In this document: positions 34,807-51,808 of the stretch, piece by piece | How positions within the stretch are numbered: the first letter of the stretch is position 1 | Layout of the letters: the number at the start of each line of letters is the position of its first letter | NCBI GenBank assembly: GCA_963707215.1 | Contig: CAVPPB010000004.1 | Span: forward strand, 32,001 to 96,000 | Length of the DNA: 64,000 bases | Direction of reading: 5' to 3' | From: an uncultured Chloroflexia bacterium | GTDB lineage: Bacteria > Chloroflexota > Limnocylindria > Limnocylindrales > CSP1-4 | Notes under the pieces: model-generated | Told to the model about the DNA's origin: nothing | The model's input: only the letters and a program-made list of their open reading frames with translations | Databases searched by the model: none | Made by a program: the position numbers and the translations under genes

Positions 34807-35303
34807 CAGTCCACCCGCTCGGCTTCGAGACGGCGAACGCGGAAGGCGACCGCGACGGGCCCCACGATGGCGGCGAGGACCGTGTCGTAGAGCGCTCCGG
34901 GCAGCAGGGTAGGCAGCGGGTCCGTGAGGTCGATCGGGCCGCCCAGCGCGCGATAGAGGACTGCGAGGGTCACGGAGTAGAAGACGCTCAGTACGAAGGT
35001 GATGGGTATCGGAGCCAGGTAGCGGACCGGGGCCAGCAGCCTGGCCATGCCGACCGCGCCCCCGGCGCACAGCAGCAGGACGAACGCCGTCGACCCGATG
35101 GGGCGCTGTGCCAGGAGGTCGATCGCGAGGCCGCCGACGAAGGCGGCCGCAAGGCCGGCATCGAGCCCGAGCGCGACGCTGAGGATGACGACATAGACGA
35201 GCACCAGGTGGGGGTGTCCCCCACCGATGGAGATGTACGGCCAGAGCGAGAGCTCGAGGACCGCCGCGACCACCGACCCGACCGCGGCGAGTGTCAGGGC
35301 CAT
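34803..35303 (-). CDS. mreD: Rod shape-determining protein MreD
   Basis: Hydrophobic 166-aa protein with PHLVLV and AFVGGL.IDLL...PIG, directly upstream of mrdA. Confidence 0.85.
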   Translation of the reverse strand: MALTLAAVGSVVAAVLELSLWPYISIGGGHPHLVLVYVVILSVALGLDAGLAAAFVGGLAIDLLAQRPIGSTAFVLLLCAGGAVGMARLLAPVRYLAPIPITFVLSVFYSVTLAVLYRALGGPIDLTDPLPTLLPGALYDTVLAAIVGPVAVAFRVRRLEAERVDW

Positions 35304-35438
35304 GGCGTGGAACCTCGATCGAAGGACACTGGGCCGCCGACCCAGCGGACCACACCCCGGGACCGGGGTCCGGGGGCGACGGCTCGAGTATAGGAGTGAC
35401 CCTCGAGGACGGCAACGACCGGGGTCCAGGATGGACGA

Positions 35439-35466
35439 CGGCCCGTCCTCGGCCGAGGACGGGCCG
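35439..35466. repeat. Perfect 28-bp palindrome
   Basis: CGGCCCGTCCTCGG|CCGAGGACGGGCCG. Confidence 0.9.
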
Positions 35467-35488
35467 GTTGGCCCGAGGCGTGGACCAC

Positions 35489-35504
35489 CGTTGCACGTGA
35501 AACA
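35489..35504. promoter_or_regulatory. parS-like centromere site
   Basis: cGTTGCACGTGAAACA has one mismatch to the consensus TGTTNCACGTGAAACA and lies about 200 bp upstream of parA. Confidence 0.8.
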
Positions 35505-35668
35505 ACGACCCCTGGGGAGTTCGGCGACCTGCTGGCCTTGCCTTGGATGCGACGGACACCCGCACCTGATCCATGGCCGGGAGCGTGGCCGACCGTGGAT
35601 ACGTGGCAGCTATGGGGTCGATGCCACCTTGGGTGGGTGGCTCGAGAGCGGTCCGAAGCTTCGTCCCC

Positions 35669-35677
35669 TGCTAGAAT
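35669..35677 (+). promoter_or_regulatory. Extended -10 promoter (TGcTAGAAT) of parA-parB-gyrB
   Basis: Located 35 nt upstream of the parA GTG. Confidence 0.6.
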
Positions 35678-35711
35678 CGCGGATGTGATCCCGTCCCTCG
35701 TCGGCGGCTGA

Positions 35712-36563
35712 GTGGGCCGCATCGTTGCCTGCGCCAACCAGAAGGGTGGCGTCGGCAAGACCACCACCGTCGTCAACCTCGGGACCTACCTTGCGCTCGA
35801 TGGCGATCGCGTCCTCATCGTCGACCTTGACCCCCAGGGCAACACGACGAGCGGGTTCGGGATCGATCGGGGAACGCTGGAGCGGTCCATCTACGATGCC
35901 CTCACCGGTGCGTTGACGCTGGCGGATCTGGCATGCGACACGGCCATCCCCGGTCTTCGGATCGTGCCCGCCGCGATCGCGCTCGCCGGCGCCGAGGTCG
36001 AGCTTGCCGTGGTCGAACAGCGCGAACGCCGACTCCGCACGATCGTTCGCGACATCGCCACGGAGTACGAGTACATCCTCATCGATTGCCCCCCGTCGCT
36101 GGGCCTGCTCACGGTGAACGCACTGACCGCTGCGGACGAGGTCCTGATCCCGATCCAGAGCGAGTACTACGCACTCGAGGGGCTCACCCAGTTGATCGCC
36201 ACCATCAATCTGATCCGCGACCACCTGAACCCGGATCTCGCCGTGCGCGGGGTCGTTCTGACCATGTACGACGCGCGGACGAACCTCTCGGCCCAGGTCG
36301 CCGCCGAGGTGCGCACCCACCTTGGCGCCGCGGTCTTCGGGACCGTCATCCCGAGGAGCGTTCGCTTGTCCGAGTCGCCGAGCCATGGAGTGCCGATCGC
36401 GCTATATCGACCCGAATCCAAGGGCGCAGCCGCGTACCAGGCCCTGGCCGCCGAGTTCCGCGCGAGGGACCGGCGCGGCGAGGTCCACCCGGGGTCCCGG
36501 TGCGTTCGATGCGCCGGCGGTGATCCCGGCCACGCTCGATCCAGTGCTCGCGATGGTGAAGAC

Positions 36564-36567
<4 letters not shown>
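35712..36567 (+). CDS. parA: Chromosome partitioning ATPase ParA/Soj (reads in-frame into parB, probably through a 1-nt insertion near 36490)
   Basis: Motifs NQKGGVGKTT, DLDPQGN, IDCPPSLG and IPRSVRLSESPS. A +1-frame tail ...LAMVKT* ends in an ATGA overlap with the parB start. Confidence 0.9.
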
Positions 36568-39934
<3,367 letters not shown>

Positions 39935-39938
<4 letters not shown>

Positions 39939-40993
39939 GCCCGACCGCGAGCCTGGTAGAGCGGTCGCTCGCCCGGGTCGCGCCGGGGAGACCGGGCGAA
40001 GGTGAGGCCCGGACCGTAGGCGTCGCGATGCGGATCGGGCCCACGACCACGCAGGGGCGCACCTTCGTCGAGGAGTCTCGCCCCATGGCGGTGGCGCTCG
40101 GGAGAAGCGTCGCCGGACTCGTGCAGGACCCTGATGCCCTCGTCCGGGAGCTCTCTGCCGGACTCGCCGGCCTGACCGACCAGGAGTACCTGGCGGGCCA
40201 GCGCCGGGTAGCGCCGGGGATCGGCGACCTCCATGGCGTCCGATCGCCGCTCCTCGCGGCGGTGGGGCGGGAGCTCGCCCGGGCCACCGCGGACGACCCC
40301 GCCTCCGTGCTCCTGCTCGTCGCTGACCGCCTGCTCCGAGCGCCGACCCTGGAGGAGCGCTGGCTCGCCTTCGGCATCCTCGAGCGCACGCTGGCAGGGG
40401 ATCCGGAGCGCTCCTGGCAGCTGCTCCGCAGGGCCGCCCGCGAGGCCGCAGACTGGATCACCGTCGACAGCCTGGCGCGGGTCATCGGGCGCGGGATCCT
40501 CGCGGAGCCATACCGCTGGGCCGAGCTCGAGCAGCTCGTCTTCTCGCCGTCGCCCTGGGAGCGACGCCTCGTCGGCTCGACGATCGCCGGCCTTCCCTAC
40601 GTGGATCGTCGCCTGGGGCGCGACCCGGCCATCGCAGAGCGCTCACTGACCATCCTGGGCGACCTCATCGGCGATCGCGAGCCCGATGTCCAGAAGGCCC
40701 TGGCCTGGGCTCTGCGCTCGATGACCCTCGTCGACGCCCCCGTGGTGGAGAGCTTCTGTCGTCGCGAGTCCGCCGCCGCGGTCCGAACCTCGGACGGCCA
40801 CCGGGCCTGGGTCGTCCGGGCGGCGCTGCCGCGGCTGGCACCGACGACGGCCGGAGCGCTCCGCGCGGATCTGGCCGGCATCCGCCGCCGACCGGGCGCC
40901 CCATCGACCTCGCGGGCCGCCGCGACCGCGGCCCGCTTCGGCGGCCAAGCCGGCTTGCCGGACCCGGCCGACCTCCCCGAGCCACCGCTCTGA
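39935..40993 (+). CDS. DNA alkylation repair (AlkD-like HEAT-repeat) protein
   Basis: Motifs GVRSP, WITVDSL, WERR and [10 protein letters not shown]. Confidence 0.7.
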
Positions 40994-41015
40994 CCTCCAA
41001 GGAGACTCCACGACC

Positions 41016-43571
41016 GTGACCGAGGACAGCGGCAGCAGCATCAGGAGCATCCGCATCGAGGACGAGATGCGGGTCAGCTACCTCGACTACGCCATGAGCG
41101 TGATCGTGTCCCGGGCCCTCCCCGACGTCCGGGACGGGCTCAAGCCGGTCCATCGCCGGATCCTCTACACGATGGGCGAGATGGGCCTCTCGTCGAGCTC
41201 GTCCTACCGCAAGTGCGCGGCGATCGTCGGCGAGGTCATGGGCAAGTACCACCCGCACGGTGACGTCGCCCTGTACGACGCGCTCGTACGGCTGGCCCAG
41301 GACTTCTCGATGCGCTACCCGCTGGTGGATGGCCAGGGCAACTTCGGCTCCGTCGATGGCGATTCGCCGGCGGCGATGCGCTACACGGAGGCGCGCCTGA
41401 CGGGGATCGCGGCCGAGATGCTGGCCGACATCGACAGGGACACCGTCGACTACGTCGACAACTACGATGCCACCCAACGCCAGCCCTCCGTGCTGCCCGC
41501 CAAGCTGCCGAACCTGCTGGTCAATGGCAGCTCGGGCATCGCCGTCGGTATGGCCACGAACGTGCCACCACACCACCTCGGCGAGGTCTGCGACGCCGCG
41601 ATCGCCCTGATCGAGGATCCCGAGATCACTTCGGACGACCTGTGCGACCGCGTCCACGGGCCGGACTTCCCGACCGGGGGGACGATCTTCCGGTTCGAGA
41701 CCCGGCGCAACCCGCTGACCGGCGAGAACGAGACCGTCGACGCGATCCGGGAGATGTACGCCCACGGACGCGGGCGGGTCGTGATGCGGTCCCAGGTCGC
41801 GTTCGAGGAGACCCGCAACGACCGGACGGCGATCATCGTCACCGAGCTGCCGTACCAGGTGAACAAGGCGGCCCTCCTCGAGAAGATCGCCGACCTGGTC
41901 AAGGACAAGAAGCTCGAGGGCATCGCCGACCTCCGCGACGAGTCCGACCGCGACGGGATGCGGATCTACATCGAGATCAAGCGGGACGCCAACCCCCACA
42001 AGGTGCTGAACAATCTGTTCAAGCACACCCCGATGCAGCTGGCCTTCAACATGAACATGCTGGCCCTCGTCGACGGCCAGCCGCAGACGCTGCCGCTGAA
42101 GGCCGTCCTCCAGCACTACATCGATCATCGTCGCGAGGTGGTCCGCCGGCGCACCGAGTTCGACCTCGAGAAGGCCCGGGCCCGGGCCCACGTCCTCGAG
42201 GGCCTCAAGATCGCCCTCGACCACCTGGACGCGGTGATCAAGACCATCCGGGAGTCGGCCGACGTCGACGTCGCCCGCCGCAACCTCATGGATCGCTTCG
42301 GCCTGTCCGAGATCCAGGCGCAGGCCATCCTCGACATGCGCCTGGCTCGCCTCGCCGCCCTCGAGCGCCAGAAGATCGAGGACGAGTACCTCAACGTCAT
42401 CCAGTTGATCGCCGAGCTGGAGGACATCCTGGCCAACCCCGCCCGGGTGCTCGGCATCATCAAGGACGAGCTCGGCGAGCTGAAGCGCAAGTACGCGGGC
42501 GAGCGACGGACCCGGGTCGAGGACAGCGCATCGCGGGAGATGACCGACGAGGACCTGATCGCCGACGAGGACGTCGTGATCACCATCTCCGGCCGTGGCT
42601 ACATCAAGCGCCAGCCGGTCGCGACGTACCGCCGCCAGCATCGGGGCGGCAAGGGCATCGTGGGTCATGTGACCCGCGAGGAGGACGCCGTCAAGCACCT
42701 TCTGGTCGCCAACACGCACGACTGGGCGCTCTTCTTCACGAACCGTGGCCGGGTGTTCTCGGCCAAGGTCCACCAGATCCCCGACGCCAGCCGCCAGGCC
42801 AAAGGCATCCCGATCATCAACCTGCCGGGCGTCCAGGTCGAGACCGGCGAGGTCCCGATGGCGACGATCGTCCTGCCCGACTTCACAGCCGGTTCGTTCC
42901 TGGTGCTGGCCACGCGCCGGGGCATCATCAAGAAGACGCCGTTGGAGCAGTTCGAACGGGTCCGCAGCTCCGGTATCCGGGCCATCAGCATCAACGAGGG
43001 CGACGAGCTGGCCTGGGTCGACGTATCGACGGGATCGGACGACATCATCATCGCGACCGCCCTCGGCAGGCTGGCACGCTTCTCGGAGACCGAGGTCCGG
43101 CCGATGGGGCGCGACGCTGCCGGGGTCATCGGCATCAGGCTGGCTCGCCAGGGCGACGCCGTCATCGTGATGTCGGTCGTCAGGCCGGAGCTGGACCTCC
43201 TGGTCCTGACCGAGACCGGCTATGGCAAGCGCGTCCCGATGAGCGAGTTCAATCGCAAGCACCGGGGCGGCCAGGGGGTCCAGCTGATCGCCCTCGAGGG
43301 GCGCAAGACCGGCAAGGTGGCCGCCGTCCAGGAGGTCACCGAGGACGACGAGGAGCTGTTCCTCGTCTCATCCGACGGCCAGGTCGTGCGGACCGACGTG
43401 CGGACGATCAACCGCTACCGATCGAGTGCCCGCGGCGTCATCGTCATGCGGCTCAGGGATGGTGACAGGGTCGCCGGCATCGCGGCCTTCGCCGCCGGAC
43501 TTGCGGCGCGGGTCGCCATGGGCGACGATGACGGCCCGACGGAGCCGGGATCGTCAAGCGGCGAGGGTTGA
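41016..43571 (+). CDS. gyrA: DNA gyrase subunit A
   Basis: [23 protein letters not shown] and GyrA-box QHRGGKG. Confidence 0.97.
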   Translation: MTEDSGSSIRSIRIEDEMRVSYLDYAMSVIVSRALPDVRDGLKPVHRRILYTMGEMGLSSSSSYRKCAAIVGEVMGKYHPHGDVALYDALVRLAQDFSMRYPLVDGQGNFGSVDGDSPAAMRYTEARLTGIAAEMLADIDRDTVDYVDNYDATQRQPSVLPAKLPNLLVNGSSGIAVGMATNVPPHHLGEVCDAAIALIEDPEITSDDLCDRVHGPDFPTGGTIFRFETRRNPLTGENETVDAIREMYAHGRGRVVMRSQVAFEETRNDRTAIIVTELPYQVNKAALLEKIADLVKDKKLEGIADLRDESDRDGMRIYIEIKRDANPHKVLNNLFKHTPMQLAFNMNMLALVDGQPQTLPLKAVLQHYIDHRREVVRRRTEFDLEKARARAHVLEGLKIALDHLDAVIKTIRESADVDVARRNLMDRFGLSEIQAQAILDMRLARLAALERQKIEDEYLNVIQLIAELEDILANPARVLGIIKDELGELKRKYAGERRTRVEDSASREMTDEDLIADEDVVITISGRGYIKRQPVATYRRQHRGGKGIVGHVTREEDAVKHLLVANTHDWALFFTNRGRVFSAKVHQIPDASRQAKGIPIINLPGVQVETGEVPMATIVLPDFTAGSFLVLATRRGIIKKTPLEQFERVRSSGIRAISINEGDELAWVDVSTGSDDIIIATALGRLARFSETEVRPMGRDAAGVIGIRLARQGDAVIVMSVVRPELDLLVLTETGYGKRVPMSEFNRKHRGGQGVQLIALEGRKTGKVAAVQEVTEDDEELFLVSSDGQVVRTDVRTINRYRSSARGVIVMRLRDGDRVAGIAAFAAGLAARVAMGDDDGPTEPGSSSGEG

Positions 43572-44704
43572 GCGGCCCGCGGGGCACTCCGGGGGACGGC
43601 GAGGAGGTCGCGCCCGTGTACGCAGACCAGTTCGAGATCTACCACGGCAACTCGAACCCGGACCTCGCCCGGAAGATCTCCCGCTACCTGGGTAGCGAGC
43701 CCGGCAGGGCCGAGGTCTTCCAGTTCGCCAACGAGAACATCTTCGTCAGGATCATCGACAACGTCCGCGAGAAGGACGTCTTCCTGGTCCAGCCCACCTG
43801 CAGGCCGGTCAACCAGTCGATCATGGAGCTCCTGGTCATGATCGACGCGTTCAAGCGGGCCAGCGCCGGGCGGATCACGGCCGTCATCCCGTACTACGCC
43901 TACGGTCGGTCGGACAAGAAGGACCAGCCGAGGGTCCCTATCACGGCCCGCCTGGTCGCCGACATGATCACGGTGGCCGGCGCCGACAGGGTCCTGACGC
44001 TCGACCTCCACCAGGGTCAGATCCAGGGATTCTTCAACATCCCGGTCGACGAGCTGACGGCGGTCCACCTGCTCTCGAACTACTTCCGGCACAAGCACCT
44101 CGACGCGCCGGTGGTGGTCACCGATCTGGGCTTCGCCAAGCGGGCCCGCGCCTTCGCGGAGCTACTCGACGCACCGCTTGCCATCATCGAGAAGCGCCGG
44201 GTCGACAACAAGGACCAGGCCGAGCTGCTGAACGTCATCGGCGAGGTCCGGGGCCGCCGCGCCATCATCGTCGACGACGAGATCGACACCGCGGGGACGC
44301 TGATCGAGGTGGTACGGGCGCTCGAGCGCGAGGGTGTCACCGAGATGTACGCCTGCGCCACCCACGGAGTGCTCTCCGATCCGGCCGTCGACCGTATCCG
44401 CGACTCCTCGCTCCGCGAGGTGGTCCTCACTGATTCGGTCCCGCTCCCCGCGGACAAGCGCCTGCCCCGCATCACCACGCTTTCGGTCGCCCCGCTCATC
44501 GGCGAGGCCATCAAGCGCATCCATCGCGGCGAATCCGTCGGGGCGCTGTTCAGCAGCGAGCTCCCGCTGGTCCAGGAGATGACCTTCTGGGGCGACGGCG
44601 TCGAGCGACGGCTGGATACTCGCGTGGAGCCGCACCAGACCGCGCCGATCGAGGTCGAGGCCGGCGAGCCCGCGATCGTCACGGCCAGCAGGGGAGAAGG
44701 ATGA
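43568..44704 (+). CDS. prs: Ribose-phosphate pyrophosphokinase
   Basis: Motifs [32 protein letters not shown] and ATHG. Start may be GTG 43616. Confidence 0.95.
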   Translation: MSGPRGTPGDGEEVAPVYADQFEIYHGNSNPDLARKISRYLGSEPGRAEVFQFANENIFVRIIDNVREKDVFLVQPTCRPVNQSIMELLVMIDAFKRASAGRITAVIPYYAYGRSDKKDQPRVPITARLVADMITVAGADRVLTLDLHQGQIQGFFNIPVDELTAVHLLSNYFRHKHLDAPVVVTDLGFAKRARAFAELLDAPLAIIEKRRVDNKDQAELLNVIGEVRGRRAIIVDDEIDTAGTLIEVVRALEREGVTEMYACATHGVLSDPAVDRIRDSSLREVVLTDSVPLPADKRLPRITTLSVAPLIGEAIKRIHRGESVGALFSSELPLVQEMTFWGDGVERRLDTRVEPHQTAPIEVEAGEPAIVTASRGEG

Positions 44705-44952
44705 CCCTCCAGCACCATCGCCCGGACGGCGCCGGCGGCCTGGAGCCGCGGCCCGTGGTCGAGGAGAACTGGCGTCGCCAGCTGCGTTCGCCGCGGTGGG
44801 GCGCGGCGCTCAAGGGCGGCAGGATGCCCAGCCTGAAGAACCCGGACATGGACCCCACCCCGACCCGCGTCTCGCTGGTCTTCTGGCTCGCCCTGGGGGC
44901 GCTCACCTTCGTCCTCCTGGTGGTGGGCTACGGGACCGGGTTCTGGGGCTGA
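44701..44952 (+). CDS. Small hypothetical membrane protein
   Basis: ATGA overlap with prs, RBS GGAGAAGG and a C-terminal TM helix. Confidence 0.7.
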   Translation: MTLQHHRPDGAGGLEPRPVVEENWRRQLRSPRWGAALKGGRMPSLKNPDMDPTPTRVSLVFWLALGALTFVLLVVGYGTGFWG

Positions 44953-44966
44953 GGCGGGACCGACCC

Positions 44967-45293
44967 ATGGGCCGATCCGACGGAGCCGATCGTCGGTCGG
45001 CCACGGAGCCGACCGCGCGAGGGGAGGCCGGGGCCACAGAGGAGAATGACGCACCTCGACCGGGGCTCGGAGTGCCCCGACGACGATCGGCACCGGTCGG
45101 CTCGACCATCGGCGGGATCCTGGTCGGCTTCGACGAGCAGGTCTGGCGCCGGCAACCGCCGGCCCAGGAGCGCGTCGGCCAGGTCGACCGGGCGAGGACC
45201 ATCGTCGCACCGAGCGGCCTGACCGTCGAGCTGCCGGAGGGCCCCCAGGGCGACGAGCCGGACCGGACGGCCTCGCGCGGCAAGGACCGGTGA
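44967..45293 (+). CDS. Hypothetical protein
   Basis: Fills the gap in the operon and its stop overlaps the next GTG. Ordered core IGGILVGFDEQVWRRQPPAQERV. Confidence 0.55.
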   Translation: MGRSDGADRRSATEPTARGEAGATEENDAPRPGLGVPRRRSAPVGSTIGGILVGFDEQVWRRQPPAQERVGQVDRARTIVAPSGLTVELPEGPQGDEPDRTASRGKDR

Positions 45294-47372
45294 GCGGGGG
45301 CGGACGCCGGCCGGCCCTTGGGGCACTCGTCGGCTTGGCGCTGACGGTCGCGCTGGCCGTCCCCTCGGGCGGCGCGCGAGCGGCCAGCGACCCGGTGATC
45401 GCCCTCGAGCCGGTCGTGACCGGTCTCGAGCGGCCGGTCCTGGTGACCCATGCCGGGGACTCGCGGTTGTTCGTCGTGGAGCAGGTCGGGCGGGTGCGGG
45501 TCATCGCTGGGGGTACCCTGCGGGCGAACGCGTTCCTCGACATCTCCGGCCGCATCTCGACGGGCGGCGAACGCGGCCTGCTGGGCCTCGCCTTCCACCC
45601 AGCGTACGCGTCGAACGGACGCTTCTTCGTCTTCTACACGCGAGCCGACGACGGCGACATCCAGATCTCGGAGTTCCGCCGCTCGGCCGGCGACCCGCAT
45701 CGGGCCGACGCCGCGTCGGAGCGGGCCATCCTGCGGGTGGAGCACTCGACCTACTCCAACCACAACGGCGGAACGCTCGCCTTCGGGCCCGACGGGTACC
45801 TGTACATCGGGACGGGCGACGGTGGCGGTGGCGGCGACCCCCTCGGCAACGCCCAGGACAAGCTGAGTCGACTCGGCAAGCTGCTCCGTATCGACGTCGA
45901 CACGCCGAGCTCCACGATCCCCTACGAGGTCCCGGCGGACAATCCCTTCGTCGGCCGCGCAGGCGACGACCTGATCTGGTCCTACGGGCTTCGCAACCCA
46001 TGGCGCTTCTCATTCGACCGAGCGACCGGCGATCTCTGGATCGGCGACGTCGGCCAGGGATCCTGGGAGGAGATCGATCGAGCCCGACGGATTGCCGGCG
46101 GCGGCCGTGGCCTGGACTTCGGTTGGAATGTCCTCGAGGGCGACCATTGCTACGGCGCCACGACGTGTGTCAGGACCGGCCGCACTCCGCCGCATCGCCG
46201 AGTACGCCGCACGGCAGCGGCGATTGCTCGGTGACGGGCGGCCACGTCTACCGTGGGAGCTCCAGCCCACTTCTCGTGGGTCGATACCTGTTCGGTGACT
46301 TCTGCAGCGGTCGGATCTGGAGCCTGGCGGCCGGCGGCGGCTCCCCACAGGCCGAGCGCCTGTTGGCCGACACCGACCTTCGGATCACCTCATTCGGTGA
46401 GGATGTCGCCGGCGAGGTCTATGTCGCCGATCTGGGCGGGACGGTCAGCCGGATCGTCGAGACGCAGGTCACCCGGCGCTTCGGGACCGACCGCTACGCG
46501 ACGGCTGCCTCGGTCGCGGCCACCTTCCCGGCTGAGGTCCCGGTCGTCTACGTGGCGACCGGCGAGAACTACCCCGACGCGATCGCCGGCGGTCCGGCGG
46601 CGGCTCGCGACGACGGGCCGATCCTGCTCGTCCGCCGCGACGCCATCCCGGCGGCCACCGCCGCCGAGCTTGCCCGCCTCAAGCCGGCTCGGATCGTCGT
46701 CCTCGGCGGCACCGCGGTCGTCTCGGCCGGCGTCGCCAGCGCACTCGCCGCCTATACCCCGGGGCAGGTCACCCGGCGCTTCGGGACCGACCGCTACGCG
46801 ACGGCTGCCTCGGTCGCGGCCACCTTCCCGGCTGAGGTCCCGGTCGTCTACGTGGCGACCGGCGAGAACTACCCCGACGCGATCGCCGGCGGTCCGGCGG
46901 CGGCTCGCGACGACGGGCCGATCCTGCTCGTCCGCCGCGACGCCATCCCGGCGGCCACCGCCGCCGAGCTTGCCCGCCTCAAGCCGGCTCGGATCGTCGT
47001 CCTCGGCGGCACCGCGGTCGTCTCGGCCGGCGTCGCCAGCGCACTCGCCGCCTATACCCCGGGGCAGGTCACCCGGCGCTTCGGGCACCGACCGCTACGC
47101 GACGGCTGCCTCGGTCGCGGCCACCTTCCCGGCTGAGGTCCCGGTCGTCTACGTGGCGACCGGCGAGAACTACCCCGACGCGATCGCCGGCGGTCCGGCG
47201 GCGGCTCGCGACGACGGGCCGATCCTGCTCGTCCGCCGCGACGCCATCCCGGCGGCCACCGCCGCCGAGCTTGCCCGCCTGCAAGCCGGCTCGGATCGTC
47301 GTCCTCGGCGGCACCGCGGTCGTCTCGGCCGGCGTCGCCAGCGCACTCGCCGCCTATACCCCGGGGCCGTAG
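45290..47372 (+). CDS. Secreted PQQ-dependent glucose/sorbosone dehydrogenase-family protein with three cell-wall-binding-2 repeats (four apparent 1-nt insertions)
   Basis: Signal peptide, GERGLLGLAFHP, NHNGG, YGLRNPWRFSFD and SVTGG motifs, then repeats of RRFGTDRYATAA...ATGENYPDAIAGGP...PILLV. Insertions near 46193, 46209, 47086 and 47281. Confidence 0.85.
46465..47366 (+). repeat. Three tandem 300-bp repeats encoding CWB2 domains
   Basis: Units start at 46465, 46765 and 47065. Units 1 and 2 read identically and unit 3 differs by two single-base insertions. Confidence 0.95.
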
Positions 47373-47382
47373 CAGCACCAGC

Positions 47383-47665
47383 ATGCCCGCGCCCTGGCTG
47401 ATCCTGCTCGGCTGGCTCCTGGTCATCAACGCGGTGACCTTCGGTGCCTTCGCGATGGACAAGCGGGCCGCCCGCCGCGGCACCTGGCGGACCCGCGAAC
47501 GGAACCTGCTCCTGCTGGAGTTGGCCGGGGGCTTCGTCGGCGGCTGGGCGGCGATGCAGCTGCTGCGCCACAAGACCCTGCACCGATCATTCACGGCGAT
47601 GCCGGTGGTCGCTGGCGCCCTCTGGGTGGGCGCGCCTCGTCCTGCTCTGGCTGGCCGCCCGGTAG
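47383..47665 (+). CDS. DUF1294-family small membrane protein (frameshift near 47633)
   Basis: INAVTF..FAMDKRAA..G.WR..E..L...GG..G...M...RHKT pattern. Confidence 0.85.
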
Positions 47666-47768
47666 GGATCCTGCCGCCGCGGCCCGCCGCGCACCGGATG
47701 CGGGCCTCGTCCGTGGCTCAGGCCGAGCGGATGGGGCCGAGCGGCCCTCGTCCTATACTTGCCGTCCC

Positions 47769-50722
<2,954 letters not shown>

Positions 50723-50726
<4 letters not shown>

Positions 50727-51409
50727 CGACCCGGGCGCTCGGCGGTCAGGAGGGCGTCTACCCGGCTCGCGGTCAGCGCGGCGCGGGCAACCTGGCGCGA
50801 GACCTCACCGTGCTGTTCTTCGTCGCTGGCCTCGGCATCGCGGCGGCGATCGGCTATGCCACCGTGCGCATCTGGCAGATCGGGTTGGCCGACGAAGCCC
50901 GGCCGGCGAGCGCGATCGTAGTCCTCGGGGCAGCCCAGTACGACGGGCGCCCGTCCCCGGTCTTCGAGGCCCGCCTCGATCACGCGGTGAGCCTCTGGGA
51001 GGCGGGCTACGCCCCGATCCTGGTGATGACCGGCGGGAAGCAGCCCGGAGACCGGGTGACCGAGGCGGAGACGGGCCGTGACTACGCGCTGGCCCGGGGC
51101 GTGCCGCCAGCGGCCATCGTCATCGAGCCCGAGAGCCGCTCCACGCTGGAGTCGGTGGAGGCCGTCAGCCGGATCCTCGGGGAGCGCGGTGTCCGGGACG
51201 CCGTGTTCGTCTCGGATCGGACCCACATGCTGCGGGTGCTCCGGATGGCCGACGATGCCGGGCTCGAGGCATACGGGTCGCCGACCCGGACGAGCCCCAT
51301 CGAGCGACGGATCAGCCCACAGGTCCGGGCGACGGTCCACGAGCTGGGCGCCCTGGCCCTCTACTTCATCTCCGGCCAGGCGCCCTCGGACGAGCTCGAC
51401 GCGGAGTGA
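50723..51409 (+). CDS. YdcF/DUF218-family protein
   Basis: IVVLGAAQYDGRPS..ARL, TGG, SRSTLE and HMLR. ATG overlaps the secA stop. Confidence 0.88.
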
Positions 51410-51475
51410 CGCCGCCCGTTCGGGCACTCGCCGTCCCACGCTGCGAACCGATCGTCCCGACCCCGATCCACCCCC

Positions 51476-51504
51476 TTGGCGCTGGGGGATCGCGCCCATA
51501 TACT
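51476..51504 (+). promoter_or_regulatory. Sigma70-type promoter TTGGCG-N17-TATACT
   Basis: Upstream of the Cys-rich ORF and prfB. Same -35 hexamer as the ssrA promoter. Confidence 0.7.
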
Positions 51505-51581
51505 GCGACGCGTCCCAGCGTTCCGGGCCGACCCGCCCGATGCCGCTCGGACATGCCGGCAGCAATCGACGTGAGGGAGCC

Positions 51582-51806
51582 GTGAAGCAGGCCGAGGAAG
51601 CATCGTTCGTCGATCTCATCGCCTGCGAGCGGGACTGTCGGAACTGCAGCTACGCCGCCGCCCTCGACTGCGACGGCAACTGCGGCGTCTGCCCGCACAA
51701 CGGCTACTGCCCCTGCGTGAACCCCGTCGTCGCGCGGAGCAAGTCGGCGCTCCGGCTCATCGAGCTGCGCCCGCTCCTGCTCCAGGATCTCCGAGGCCGG
51801 AACTAG
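51582..51806 (+). CDS. 74-aa cysteine-rich small protein (two CxxxCxxC plus CxC)
   Basis: GAGGGAG RBS before GTG. Translation MKQAEEASFVDLIACERDCRNCSYAAALDCDGNCGVCPHNGYCPCVNP..., with GC3-rich codons. Confidence 0.8.
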   Translation: MKQAEEASFVDLIACERDCRNCSYAAALDCDGNCGVCPHNGYCPCVNPVVARSKSALRLIELRPLLLQDLRGRN

Positions 51807-51808
51807 TC

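Noticed and set aside
46465-47366. CRISPR array or mobile repeat
   Set aside because: The units are 300-bp in-frame coding repeats without spacers.
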